Shown in pieces: positions 26,795-36,887 of a DNA stretch of 64,000 bases (positions are counted from its first letter, which is position 1; the number at the start of each line of letters is the position of its first letter). Origin of the DNA: Candidatus Marisimplicoccus framensis (GTDB lineage Bacteria > Bacteroidota > Bacteroidia > Flavobacteriales > Flavobacteriaceae); contig JBELLF010000001.1 in assembly GCA_042088875.1 (NCBI GenBank), positions 970 to 64,969 on the forward strand, written 5' to 3'. The notes beneath the pieces are model-generated. The model made no database searches. It was not told the DNA's origin and saw only the letters and a program-made list of their open reading frames with translations. Made by a program: the position numbers and the translations under genes.

Positions 26795-29248
26795 TTAATT
26801 TATATTTTTTGGATTTAAGACCTTTCTATTTGTAAGAGAGTGTGATATTACATCACTCATGTTATTAACGTATATAAAGTTTAAACCCTTAAGATATTTT
26901 TGATCTATTTCTTCAATATCCTTTTTATTATATGAACTTAAAATAATTTCCTTAATATTTGCTCTTTTAGCAGCCAAAATCTTTTCTTTAATTCCCCCTA
27001 CAGGAAGAACCTTTCCTCTTAGAGTAATCTCACCGGTCATAGCAATATTCTTTTTAACTCTTTTTTGAGTAAATAATGAGACAAGGGATGTAAGTATGGT
27101 TATACCTGCGCTTGGACCGTCTTTAGGAGTTGCTCCCTCAGGAACGTGAATATGTATATTATATTTTGAGTAGTCAATTTCTTTATTGATTCCAAGATCT
27201 TGGTAATTAGATTTAATATACTCTAATGCAATAACGGCAGATTCCTTCATTATTTTTCCAAGGTTACCTGTAATTGACAGGTTTCCTTTACCCTCTGATA
27301 ATGATGATTCAATGAATAAAATTTCACCACCTACAGAAGTCCATGCAAGACCTGTAACAACTCCAGCAAAATTATTATTTTCATATTTATCTCTAAAAAA
27401 TTTCTGAGGTCCTAATACATCTTTTAAATAATTTTCGTCATTGTAGTCGTTCAAATTAGAATTTGAAACAATATTTTTAGCTCTGTTTCTAATAAGCTTA
27501 GCAATTTGTTTCTCAAGATTTCTAACCCCAGATTCTCTTGTGTAGCCACTAATAATCTCTTTGATATTTTTATTAGATATTTTAAAATCAGAAGAATTCA
27601 TTCCGTGCTCAGACAACTGTTTTTTAATCAAAAACTTATTTGCAATTGAGACTTTTTCTTCAGATGTATACCCAGACACGTTAATTAGCTCCATTCTATC
27701 AAGTAAAGCAGGATGCATTGTTGATAGGTTATTAGCTGTTGCGACAAACATTACTTTCGAAAGGTCATAACCTATTTCTAAGAAATTATCATGAAAAGAA
27801 CTATTTTGTTCAGGATCAAGCAACTCTAACAAAGCAGATGAAGGATCACCCTGTGAACCACTTGAAATCTTATCAATTTCATCTAAAACAAATACAGGAT
27901 TAGATGTACCTGATTTTCTTATACTTTGTATAATTCTTCCAGGCATTGCTCCAATGTATGTCTTTCTGTGTCCTCTAATTTCAGCTTCATCTCTTAATCC
28001 ACCCAGCGAAACTCTAACATACTCTCTGTTTATTGATTTAGCTATAGATTTACCAAGTGAAGTTTTACCTACACCAGGAGGACCATATAAACATAATATT
28101 GGTGACTTCATATCTTTTCTTAATTTAAGAACAGCTAAATACTCTATTATTCTTTTTTTTACATCCTCTAGCCCAAAATGATCATTATCTAAAATTTTTT
28201 GGGCTTTTTCCAAGTCAAAACTATCTTCAGAGTAATTTTCCCATGGCAGATCAACTAATAAGTCCAAATAGTTTCTTTGAACAGAATATTCTGCAACCTG
28301 AGAGTTCATCCTCTTTAGTTTAGATAACTCTTTTTCAAAATGATTTTTTGTTTCTTCACTCCAATTTTTATCTTTTGACTTATTTATCAATTCTTGAATA
28401 TCTTCATGATATGAATTTTCCCCAAGCTCCTCTTGAATTGTTTTCATCTGCTGCTGCAAATAATATTCTCTTTGCTGCTGATCTAAATCATTCCTTACTT
28501 TTGATTGTATATCGTTTTTTAAAGCGAGTTTTTCATATTCTAGATTTAAGAATTTAAGGGATTTCATAGCTCTATTCTGGATACTTGTACTTTCAAGTAG
28601 CTCTTGTTTCTCTTTGACACTAATGTTCATATTTGAGGAAACAAAATTGATCAAGAATGAAGAACTATGAATATTTCTAATTGCAAATGATGCATCTGAT
28701 GGAATGTTAGGGTTTTCTTTTATAATTTTTAGAGCTATATCCTTTATAGCATCTATTGTTGCAGATAATTTACTATTTGATTTTTTTAATGCCTCATCAG
28801 AGACAGGATCAACAGTTGCTTGAATGTAAGGATCAGTTTTAACAATAGACTTAATCTTGAATCTTTTTTTTCCTTGTAAAATAACAGTTGTATTTCCATC
28901 GGGCATTTTTAAAACCCTTAATATTTTTGCTACAGTACCTACTTCAAATATATTTTCTACGCCAGGGTTTTCATCATTAATATTTCTTTGAGCTACAACT
29001 CCAATTAATTTACTAGACTTATTAGCATCTTTAATAAGTTTAATGGATTTATCCCTACCTGCATTTATTGGAATAACTACACCAGGAAAAAGTACTGTAT
29101 TTGTAAGAGGAAGTATTGGTAATACATCAGGTAGACTTTCTTTTTCAAGTGCCTCTTCATCTTCATTTGTCATTAATGGAATAAAATCAGATTCCTCACT
29201 AATATCATCAAATGACATTTTGTCTATATTATTAAAAATAATGCTCAT
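26795..29248 (-). CDS. lon: ATP-dependent Lon protease
   Basis: 817 aa. Lon N-domain, Walker A GPPGVGKTS, catalytic Ser context PKDGPSAGIT and Lys context LPVGGIKEK. Confidence 0.95.
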   Translation of the reverse strand: MSIIFNNIDKMSFDDISEESDFIPLMTNEDEEALEKESLPDVLPILPLTNTVLFPGVVIPINAGRDKSIKLIKDANKSSKLIGVVAQRNINDENPGVENIFEVGTVAKILRVLKMPDGNTTVILQGKKRFKIKSIVKTDPYIQATVDPVSDEALKKSNSKLSATIDAIKDIALKIIKENPNIPSDASFAIRNIHSSSFLINFVSSNMNISVKEKQELLESTSIQNRAMKSLKFLNLEYEKLALKNDIQSKVRNDLDQQQREYYLQQQMKTIQEELGENSYHEDIQELINKSKDKNWSEETKNHFEKELSKLKRMNSQVAEYSVQRNYLDLLVDLPWENYSEDSFDLEKAQKILDNDHFGLEDVKKRIIEYLAVLKLRKDMKSPILCLYGPPGVGKTSLGKSIAKSINREYVRVSLGGLRDEAEIRGHRKTYIGAMPGRIIQSIRKSGTSNPVFVLDEIDKISSGSQGDPSSALLELLDPEQNSSFHDNFLEIGYDLSKVMFVATANNLSTMHPALLDRMELINVSGYTSEEKVSIANKFLIKKQLSEHGMNSSDFKISNKNIKEIISGYTRESGVRNLEKQIAKLIRNRAKNIVSNSNLNDYNDENYLKDVLGPQKFFRDKYENNNFAGVVTGLAWTSVGGEILFIESSLSEGKGNLSITGNLGKIMKESAVIALEYIKSNYQDLGINKEIDYSKYNIHIHVPEGATPKDGPSAGITILTSLVSLFTQKRVKKNIAMTGEITLRGKVLPVGGIKEKILAAKRANIKEIILSSYNKKDIEEIDQKYLKGLNFIYVNNMSDVISHSLTNRKVLNPKNIN

Positions 29249-29350
29249 TTAAAATTATTTATGGTCATTATGTCAGAAAATCTAGATGTCAGTTCATATA
29301 ATTGAATTGATGAAGTTCTTAAAATAATCACAATTAAATATGGACAAAAG

Positions 29351-30673
29351 CTATGCCAACTTACTTTTGTCAATTCTAGGAACCCTAATCAATAATAATG
29401 CTCCAACAAAAAAGAAAAACATAAAAATTAAAACTGAGAATCTAACTGAGCCTGTTAATTGAGCAGAAAAGGCATAGAAAAGCAAACCAAAGAAAATACC
29501 TATTTTTTCAGTTACATCATAAAAACTAAAAAATGATGTTGTGTCTTTTGTTTCGGGAATAAATAGTGAAAAAGTAGCTCTTGCAACAGTTTGCGTACCT
29601 CCCATTAACAGTCCAACAAGACCTGCAATCATATAAAATTGACTTGGAGTTTCAATATAAAAAGCATATAGACACACTAATGACCAAAGAAATATTGCAA
29701 AAATAAGTACTAAAATGTTTCCAAATTTTTGAGCCAATTTTGTAAAACTATATGCTCCACCAATTGCAACAATCTGAATAAGTAAAATGCTAATTATAAG
29801 ACCAGCTGTTTGTTCATTTGTACTTGGCCATTGAATTTCAGTTACTCCAAAGTAAGATGCAATATAAAGTACAGTTTGAAGAGAAAATGAAAAAATGAAA
29901 AATGCTAATAAGAATCTCGTAAACCTTTTACTAGATCTAATAACTTTATAAACGCCCCTTAACTCTTTAAATCCATTCCAAATAATATTTTTTGGAATAT
30001 TTATCTCCCTATTTCCTCTAGGTAAATGATAAAAAGAGTATTGACTAAAACACAACCACCACAAACCAGTTAACGCAAAAGACATCTTCATGGCATTTTT
30101 ATCAGAGCTAAACCCAAAATCTTCATAGAAATAAATCATTATAAGATTTATCAAGAGAAGTATAACACTTCCTATATACCCCATTGTAAATCCTCTAGCA
30201 CTTACCATATTTGTTTGTTTGGGAAAAGTAATATCATTCAAATATGAATTATAATAGACCAGACTACCCCAGTATCCAAGTAATGATAGTAAATATAGTA
30301 TAAGACTGAACTCTATATTTTCTAATTCAAACCAATATAGTCCGATACATGAAAAAGAGCCCATGTAAACAAAAAACTTCATAAAAATTTTTTTATTACC
30401 TATATAATCGGCTATACCACTAAGCATAGGTGATATAAATGCAATTAAAAGGAAACAAATTCCTGAAAGAAGACTAATTAAGGTGTCTTTGTTTACGTCT
30501 ATACTGAATATCATAATTGAACTGACATCAGAAAAAACATATGTAGAGTAATATATTGGAAAAATTGCTGAAGAAATAACTAACGAATAAACTGAGTTTG
30601 CCCAATCATATATTGTCCATGCACCAATCAATTTTTTACTTCCTTTGGGATGGTCGGTTTTTTTATTTAGCAT
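29351..30673 (-). CDS. MFS-type transporter (UMF1/Atg22-like)
   Basis: 440 aa with about 12 hydrophobic segments. Substrate unknown. Confidence 0.7.
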   Translation of the reverse strand: MLNKKTDHPKGSKKLIGAWTIYDWANSVYSLVISSAIFPIYYSTYVFSDVSSIMIFSIDVNKDTLISLLSGICFLLIAFISPMLSGIADYIGNKKIFMKFFVYMGSFSCIGLYWFELENIEFSLILYLLSLLGYWGSLVYYNSYLNDITFPKQTNMVSARGFTMGYIGSVILLLINLIMIYFYEDFGFSSDKNAMKMSFALTGLWWLCFSQYSFYHLPRGNREINIPKNIIWNGFKELRGVYKVIRSSKRFTRFLLAFFIFSFSLQTVLYIASYFGVTEIQWPSTNEQTAGLIISILLIQIVAIGGAYSFTKLAQKFGNILVLIFAIFLWSLVCLYAFYIETPSQFYMIAGLVGLLMGGTQTVARATFSLFIPETKDTTSFFSFYDVTEKIGIFFGLLFYAFSAQLTGSVRFSVLIFMFFFFVGALLLIRVPRIDKSKLA

Positions 30674-30718
30674 AAATTTAAATGATTGACAAAGTAAGTA
30701 AATAAATTAAAAGATATA

Positions 30719-30726
30719 TATATTTG
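30719..30726 (+). promoter_or_regulatory. -7 box (TATATTTG) for msrB-lpdA
   Basis: Exact TAnnTTTG, 13 nt upstream of ATG 30740. Confidence 0.5.
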
Positions 30727-30739
30727 TCAAAAAATATAG

Positions 30740-31231
30740 ATGTACTTAAAATTGCACTTATTTGGACTAGTTTTTTTTAGTTTTACACTATTAAACTGCC
30801 AAACAAAATTAGATAAAGAAGAACCTAAAATAACCTATAAAGTGAATAAATCAGAAGAAGAGTGGAAAGAAGAATTATCTCCTGAAGAATTTGAGATATT
30901 AAGAAATGCGGGTACTGAAAGACCCCATACTGGAATATATAATATGCATTTTGAAGATGGGGTTTATGTATGCAAGGGATGCGGACAACCTTTATTTAAG
31001 AGCGGAAGTAAGTTTGTGTCTGATTGTGGTTGGCCTAGCTATGAAGGAGCAATTCCAGGAGCAATTGTCTACAAAAAAGATACAAGTTTAGGAATGATTA
31101 GAACTGAAATTTTATGTTCTAACTGTGGAGGGCATCAAGGTCATGTCTTTGATGACGGTCCAACTGCAACTGGTAAAAGATATTGTGTGAATTCTGCGAG
31201 TATAAATTTTATAAACAATAAAAAGAAATGA
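30740..31231 (+). CDS. msrB: Peptide-methionine (R)-S-oxide reductase with N-terminal export signal
   Basis: 163 aa. Zn CxxC pairs (CKGCG, CSNCG) and catalytic RYCVNS. The N-terminus MYLKLHLFGLVFFSFTLLNC looks like a signal or lipoprotein peptide. Confidence 0.88.
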   Translation: MYLKLHLFGLVFFSFTLLNCQTKLDKEEPKITYKVNKSEEEWKEELSPEEFEILRNAGTERPHTGIYNMHFEDGVYVCKGCGQPLFKSGSKFVSDCGWPSYEGAIPGAIVYKKDTSLGMIRTEILCSNCGGHQGHVFDDGPTATGKRYCVNSASINFINNKKK

Positions 31232-32619
31232 CTAAAAAATACGATTTAATTGTTCTAGGAAGTGGACCTGGAGGATATGTTACTGCTATTAGAGCATCTC
31301 AACTCGGGCTAAAGACTGCTATAATTGAAAAGGAAAGTTTAGGTGGAGTTTGTTTAAATTGGGGATGTATTCCAACTAAAGCTCTTTTAAAGTCTGCACA
31401 AGTATTTGAATACCTAAAAAAAGCTGATTCTTATGGAATAAAAGTTAAAGATTTTGATAAAGATTTTGACTCTGTTGTTAAAAGGTCTAGAAATGTAGCT
31501 GATGGTATGAGTAAAGGAGTAACTTTCCTCATGAAGAAGAATAAAATTGATATTATTAATGGATTTGGTAAGGTCTTGCCAAATAAAAAAATATCAGTTG
31601 AAAATGATGGTGAAGTACAAGAATTTGAGTCTTCCAATATTATTGTAGCTACAGGAGGAAGATCAAGAGTAATTGATTCTATTCCTCAAGATGGTAAAAA
31701 AATCATTGGTTACAGAGAAGCGATGACACTACCTAAGCAACCTAAAAAAATTATAATTGTTGGATCAGGTGCTATTGGAATTGAATTTGCATATTTCTAT
31801 AATTCTATGGGTAGTAAGGTGAAAATAATTGAATATATGGACAGAGTCCTACCTGTTGAAGATAAAGATATTTCAAATCAATTAAGCAAAAATTTTAAGA
31901 AGTCAGGAATTGAAATATTAACCAGCTCTGAAGTCATTTCATCTGATACTAAGGGAAAGGGTGTAAAACTTCAAGTTAAATCTAATGGTCAAATATCTGA
32001 GCATGAAGCAGACATTGTATTATCTGCAGTTGGTGTTAAAAGTAATATAGAGGGTATTGGACTTGAAGAAGTTGGAATAGCAGTTGATAAAGATAAAATT
32101 ATAGTTGATGAATTTTATCAAACAAATATTCCTGGATACTATGCAATTGGAGATGTTACATCTGGTCAAGCATTAGCACATGTTGCTTCAGCTGAGGGAA
32201 TACTTTGTGTTGAAAAAATTGCTAAACATGAGGTAGAGCCAATTGATTATGATAATATTCCTGGATGTACATATTGTTTTCCTGAGGTTGCATCTGTTGG
32301 ATTAACTGAAGAAAAAGCTATTGAAAAAGGATATCAAGTTAAGGTTGGAAAATTTCCTTTTACTGCATCTGGGAAGGCACAAGCATCTGGTCATCCAGAT
32401 GGATTTGTTAAGGTTATTTTTGATGAAAAGTATGGAGAGTGGTTGGGTTGTCACATGATTGGTGCTGGAGTTACTGATATGATTGCAGAAGCTGTTTTAG
32501 GTAGAAAGCTTGAGACAACAGGTAAAGAAATTCTTAAGTCTGTTCACCCTCACCCTACAATGAGTGAAGCATTAATGGAGGCTGTTGCAGATGCTTACGA
32601 TGAGGTTATTCATCTCTAG
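31228..32619 (+). CDS. lpdA: Dihydrolipoyl dehydrogenase
   Basis: 463 aa. FAD motif GSGPGG, redox disulfide GGVCLNWGCIPTK, C-terminal HPHPTMSE. Its ATG overlaps the msrB stop (ATGA). Confidence 0.92.
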   Translation: MTKKYDLIVLGSGPGGYVTAIRASQLGLKTAIIEKESLGGVCLNWGCIPTKALLKSAQVFEYLKKADSYGIKVKDFDKDFDSVVKRSRNVADGMSKGVTFLMKKNKIDIINGFGKVLPNKKISVENDGEVQEFESSNIIVATGGRSRVIDSIPQDGKKIIGYREAMTLPKQPKKIIIVGSGAIGIEFAYFYNSMGSKVKIIEYMDRVLPVEDKDISNQLSKNFKKSGIEILTSSEVISSDTKGKGVKLQVKSNGQISEHEADIVLSAVGVKSNIEGIGLEEVGIAVDKDKIIVDEFYQTNIPGYYAIGDVTSGQALAHVASAEGILCVEKIAKHEVEPIDYDNIPGCTYCFPEVASVGLTEEKAIEKGYQVKVGKFPFTASGKAQASGHPDGFVKVIFDEKYGEWLGCHMIGAGVTDMIAEAVLGRKLETTGKEILKSVHPHPTMSEALMEAVADAYDEVIHL

Positions 32620-33028
32620 GCAGAAAGCTTTCAATTGCTAATTCATAACTTTTAAGTCCAAACCCTATTATTATCCCATCAACTACTGGTGATAAATACG
32701 AGTTATGTCTATATTCTTCCCTTTTAAAAGTATTAGATATGTGAACTTCAATGACTATTGTGTTAATTGCTTTTATTGCATCAGCTATTCCAACAGAAGT
32801 ATGAGTATAAGCAGCAGCATTAATTATTATTCCATCTGAGACCATAGAATCTTGAATAAAATTTATTAATTCGCCCTCAACATTTGATTGATAATATTCA
32901 AAATTAATATTGGGATATTTTAATCTAATTGAATTAAGAAAAGTATTAAAATCTTGATCACCGTAAATATCAGTCTCTCTTGAACCAAGGAGATTCAAAT
33001 TGGGACCATTAATTATTGTTAATTTCAT
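32606..33028 (-). CDS. aroQ: Type II 3-dehydroquinate dehydratase
   Basis: 140 aa. INGPNLNLLGSRE N-terminus and the HISN block. Confidence 0.92.
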   Translation of the reverse strand: MKLTIINGPNLNLLGSRETDIYGDQDFNTFLNSIRLKYPNINFEYYQSNVEGELINFIQDSMVSDGIIINAAAYTHTSVGIADAIKAINTIVIEVHISNTFKREEYRHNSYLSPVVDGIIIGFGLKSYELAIESFLPRDE

Positions 33029-33066
33029 ATATTATAAAGGTAAAACTTAAACAGTAATAAAAAAAA

Positions 33067-33969
33067 ATGAATTGGGATACTAGTATTGAAAATTTTAAGA
33101 ATTACCTAAAACTTGAAAGAGGTCTAAGCTTGAATTCAATAAAAAGTTATGAATTTGATCTAGTTCAATTTAAAAATTTTTTAATTGAGAATAACATTAA
33201 TCAATCACCAAAAAAATGTAGTTCATCATCAATTAAAAGATATCTCTATAAAAATTTATCTAACAAAAAGTCTAGAAGTCAAGCCAGAAGTATTTCAGCA
33301 TTAAAAAGTTTTTTTAATTACTTATTATTTGAAGGTAAAATCAATTCATCTCCTCTGAATGATATAGAAAGTCCTAAAATTGAAAATAAATTACCAGAAG
33401 TTCTATCAGAGGACGAAGTAAAAAGATTGATTTCTTCTGTTAATCTTGATACAGAATTTGGACAAAGAAATAAAACTATTATTGAAGTTTTATATGGAAC
33501 AGGGATAAGGGTTAGCGAACTCACTGATCTAAAACTGTCAAATATTTTTTTTAATGAAAATATTTTAAAAGTCTCCGGAAAAGGTAATAAAGAAAGGTTT
33601 GTTCCTTTGGGCAAAATTGCTTCAATAGAGATTACAAAGTATTTAAATGATAGAGATAAATTAAAAATTAATTCAAAATTTTCAGATATACTTTTTTTAA
33701 ATAGATATGGAAGACAGCTAACAAGATCAATGATATTTAAGGTTATTAATGATTCATCTAAAAATGCAAAAATTGATAAAAAAATTAGCCCTCATACATT
33801 AAGACACTCATATGCAACTCATTTACTTAAAAATGGTGCTGACTTAAGAACAATTCAACTCATACTTGGGCATGAAAGTATAACTACAACTGAAATATAT
33901 ACTCACTTAGATACTTTTCATTTAGAAGAAGTTTTAAAAAAATACCACCCTAGAGAAAATGAAAATTAA
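33067..33969 (+). CDS. xerD: Site-specific tyrosine recombinase XerD
   Basis: 300 aa. HTLRHSYATHLL and LGHESITTTEIYTH catalytic blocks. Divergent from aroQ, as in many Flavobacteriia. Confidence 0.85.
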   Translation: MNWDTSIENFKNYLKLERGLSLNSIKSYEFDLVQFKNFLIENNINQSPKKCSSSSIKRYLYKNLSNKKSRSQARSISALKSFFNYLLFEGKINSSPLNDIESPKIENKLPEVLSEDEVKRLISSVNLDTEFGQRNKTIIEVLYGTGIRVSELTDLKLSNIFFNENILKVSGKGNKERFVPLGKIASIEITKYLNDRDKLKINSKFSDILFLNRYGRQLTRSMIFKVINDSSKNAKIDKKISPHTLRHSYATHLLKNGADLRTIQLILGHESITTTEIYTHLDTFHLEEVLKKYHPRENEN

Positions 33970-34664
33970 TCTTTCATTAATCTAAATCCTTCACCATGTA
34001 CATTGATAATTTTGAGTGATGAATCTTTTTCAATATATTTTCTAAGTTTTGCAATATATACGTCCATGCTTCTTGATGTGAAATAATTAGCATCTCTCCA
34101 GATCTTATTTAAAGCAATATCTCTAGGTAGCAAATCATCAAAATTTATTACTAACATCTTTAGCAACTGATTTTCTTTGGGAGATAGCTTAAAAGTATTT
34201 CCTTCTTTATGAGTTAATATTCTAAGCTTGGAGTTAAAGAAAAATTCTCCAAAATCAAATTCAAAAATATCTTTTTCCTCTGTATTTATGGATTGTTTTC
34301 TATTTAGTATTGATTTTATTTTTGCAAGTAATATTTCAGAGTCAAAAGGTTTAGTCAAATAGTCATCTGCGCCTGTCTTATATCCTTTTAAAACATCATC
34401 TTTTAGATTTTTTGCAGTGAGAAAAATTATAGGAATAGCTTCATTAAGTTCTCTAATTTCTTTTGCCAATGTTAAACCATCTTTAAATGGCATCATTATA
34501 TCTAGAATACATAAATCAAATTCTGATTTATTAAACTTCTCAAAGCCCTCTATTCCGTTTACTGCAAGAGTCACCTCGTAATTATTAATATTTAAATAAT
34601 CTTTAAGTATCCTTCCAAAGTTAGGATCATCTTCTACTAAGAGAATTTTTTTATCTGATTTCAT
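33966..34664 (-). CDS. OmpR-family two-component response regulator
   Basis: 232 aa. Receiver domain (DLCILDIMMP, TAK) plus a C-terminal winged-helix domain. Confidence 0.9.
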   Translation of the reverse strand: MKSDKKILLVEDDPNFGRILKDYLNINNYEVTLAVNGIEGFEKFNKSEFDLCILDIMMPFKDGLTLAKEIRELNEAIPIIFLTAKNLKDDVLKGYKTGADDYLTKPFDSEILLAKIKSILNRKQSINTEEKDIFEFDFGEFFFNSKLRILTHKEGNTFKLSPKENQLLKMLVINFDDLLPRDIALNKIWRDANYFTSRSMDVYIAKLRKYIEKDSSLKIINVHGEGFRLMKD

Positions 34665-36243
34665 CTTTAAATGTTTTGATGTTTATATAAAATTTAGTTC
34701 CAAAACCTTTTTTACTTTCAAGCATAATTTTACCCTTGTGAAAATCAACAATCTTTTTCACATATGAAAGTCCTAATCCGTGTCCCTTAATATCATGTAT
34801 ATCACCATTTTGTTCTCTATAAAATTTTTCAAATACCATCTTTTGAGTATTCTTATCCATACCAATTCCATTGTCTTGTAGACATATCTCTATATTATCA
34901 TCAATATTTCTTGTTGATACTTTAATTATTGGTTTGCTTCTTGAATATTTAATAGCATTATCTAAAATATTAATGATAATGTTTTCTAAATGATTACTGT
35001 TTCCTGATATATACGAATTATGTGCATTTAATGCAAGATTAATAGAACCATTATTGCTTTCAACTATAAGTTTTACATGCTCAACAGCATCCTCAATAAC
35101 TTCATGGATATTTGTCTTTTCCATGTCAAATGGATTAGAACTTTTCTCCAACTGAGATATTCTTAATATGTTTTCAACTTGAGATAGCATTCTTGCATTC
35201 TCTTCCCTAATCATATCCAAATATGAGGTGAATTTGTCATTAATATTATTTTTTGAACTTGATATTGCATCTAGTGCTAAATTAATAGTTGCAATAGGTG
35301 TTTTAAATTCATGAGAAATATTGTTAATGAAGTCACTCTTTATTTCAGATAGCTTCTTCTGTTGAATTATTTGGTACAGAGCACTTGTTGAAATAACAAT
35401 TATAATTAAGGTGAGCATAAAAGATAGAGTAGCTACACCTATTATGCCTGATAAAACATATTCTTGTTTTTCAGGAAATGAAACAATAAGATCATATTTT
35501 ATAGGACTAGATCTATCATATAAAAAAGGTATAGAATATTTTGGACCTGATTGTACCTCAATATAGTTATTAGACTTGATTTTTGTAGAAAGATTATTGC
35601 TGTAGATACCAAACTCATATGGGGTGGTGATATTTCTATCACTAAAACCTTGACTTAGAAGGATCTGAATCTCTCTAGAAGTTGTTCTCTTATGAATTGG
35701 TAATGATGATGCATATTCTTGGAAAGCTGATTTGTATTTTTCAAATTTAAACAAGTCAATATCTTCAACACTCTTTAATTTAGATATTGAAGCATTTAGC
35801 CTATTTTCTCTTCTGTCAAATATATTTTTGTTAACAATAGTAGTTTTAACTGCTTTATAATCCTTTAAATTGTCTTCTCCATACCTGTTTGATAAATTAT
35901 TAGGGAGATTAATATTATAATCTTCTTCTAAGATACCATAAGCAAAAAAAGTTGAAAGGTTAGAAGTTTGGTCTTCATCTAAAAATAGAAAAACATCAGT
36001 AAAATTTTGTTGATCTGGTGTTCCAATAGAATCAATTAACATTTGATAAGTATATACATAATCATTTAATTCCCTACTTTGAATTTCATCAACAACTTCT
36101 CTAAGTGTTAGATTTACAGCTAAAGAAAATTCTTCTTCCTTATTCTTCCATGATGAATATATCCAATATCCTTGCATCAGAATTATTCCTATTAAGGAAA
36201 ATGACATTAGAAGAACAAGTGAAGTATATATTTTTCTATTCAT
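34651..36243 (-). CDS. Sensor histidine kinase
   Basis: 530 aa. Two TM segments flank a roughly 240-aa extracytoplasmic region. H-box SHEFKTPI, N-box LDNAIKYS, G-box GHGLGLS. Overlaps the regulator gene by 14 nt. Confidence 0.88.
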   Translation of the reverse strand: MNRKIYTSLVLLMSFSLIGIILMQGYWIYSSWKNKEEEFSLAVNLTLREVVDEIQSRELNDYVYTYQMLIDSIGTPDQQNFTDVFLFLDEDQTSNLSTFFAYGILEEDYNINLPNNLSNRYGEDNLKDYKAVKTTIVNKNIFDRRENRLNASISKLKSVEDIDLFKFEKYKSAFQEYASSLPIHKRTTSREIQILLSQGFSDRNITTPYEFGIYSNNLSTKIKSNNYIEVQSGPKYSIPFLYDRSSPIKYDLIVSFPEKQEYVLSGIIGVATLSFMLTLIIIVISTSALYQIIQQKKLSEIKSDFINNISHEFKTPIATINLALDAISSSKNNINDKFTSYLDMIREENARMLSQVENILRISQLEKSSNPFDMEKTNIHEVIEDAVEHVKLIVESNNGSINLALNAHNSYISGNSNHLENIIINILDNAIKYSRSKPIIKVSTRNIDDNIEICLQDNGIGMDKNTQKMVFEKFYREQNGDIHDIKGHGLGLSYVKKIVDFHKGKIMLESKKGFGTKFYINIKTFKDEIR

Positions 36244-36299
36244 GATCTATAAAATTCTCAAAAATTAAATTTATAAGTTCTTAATAAAATGTTAAGAAA

Positions 36300-36887
36300 C
36301 TACTTTAGGTTTATTAATGTATCGTGAATTTCTAATACTTTTTCCTCCAATTTAGTGAAATTGATGTTATCAATTATAAAATCACATTTATCAATAATTG
36401 AAATTTCACTTATCTGATTTTGCATTCGACTTATCACTTCATTTCTAGATAGTTTATCTCTTTGCATAACCCTATCAATTCTAATTTCTTTTGGCGCTTT
36501 AACGTATATAATCTTATCAAAAAAAATTTCTGTTTTAGTCTCAAAAATAATTGCTGCTTCTTTTACGACATAGCTCGCGAATCTATTTTTAAAGCAAAAT
36601 TTATCAAAGTCTATAGCTACTGAAGGATGAATTATTGAATTTAGAGACTTTAGTTTTTCTTTATCGTTAAAGACTATTTTAGAAACTAATTTTGAGTTTA
36701 GCTCATTTTCATTATATATATCATCTCCAAATAATTGTTTTATTGAGTAAATAATTTTTTTATCAGAATTTATTAATTCTTTTGCAGATTCGTCAGCATT
36801 GTAGGTGCTTATTCCAATTTTTTTAAAGATCTCTAAAACACTAGATTTACCAGATCCAATTCCTCCGGTTAATCCGATAATTTTCAT
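36300..36887 (-). CDS. coaE: Dephospho-CoA kinase
   Basis: 195 aa. P-loop GLTGGIGSGKSS. Confidence 0.9.
   Translation of the reverse strand: MKIIGLTGGIGSGKSSVLEIFKKIGISTYNADESAKELINSDKKIIYSIKQLFGDDIYNENELNSKLVSKIVFNDKEKLKSLNSIIHPSVAIDFDKFCFKNRFASYVVKEAAIIFETKTEIFFDKIIYVKAPKEIRIDRVMQRDKLSRNEVISRMQNQISEISIIDKCDFIIDNINFTKLEEKVLEIHDTLINLK

Noticed and set aside
33067-33969. The tyrosine recombinase, considered as a marker of an integrated mobile element.
   Set aside because: Its motifs and size fit chromosomal XerD, and it sits in the common aroQ-xerD arrangement. There are no flanking repeats, no tRNA target and no cargo, phage or transposase genes nearby.
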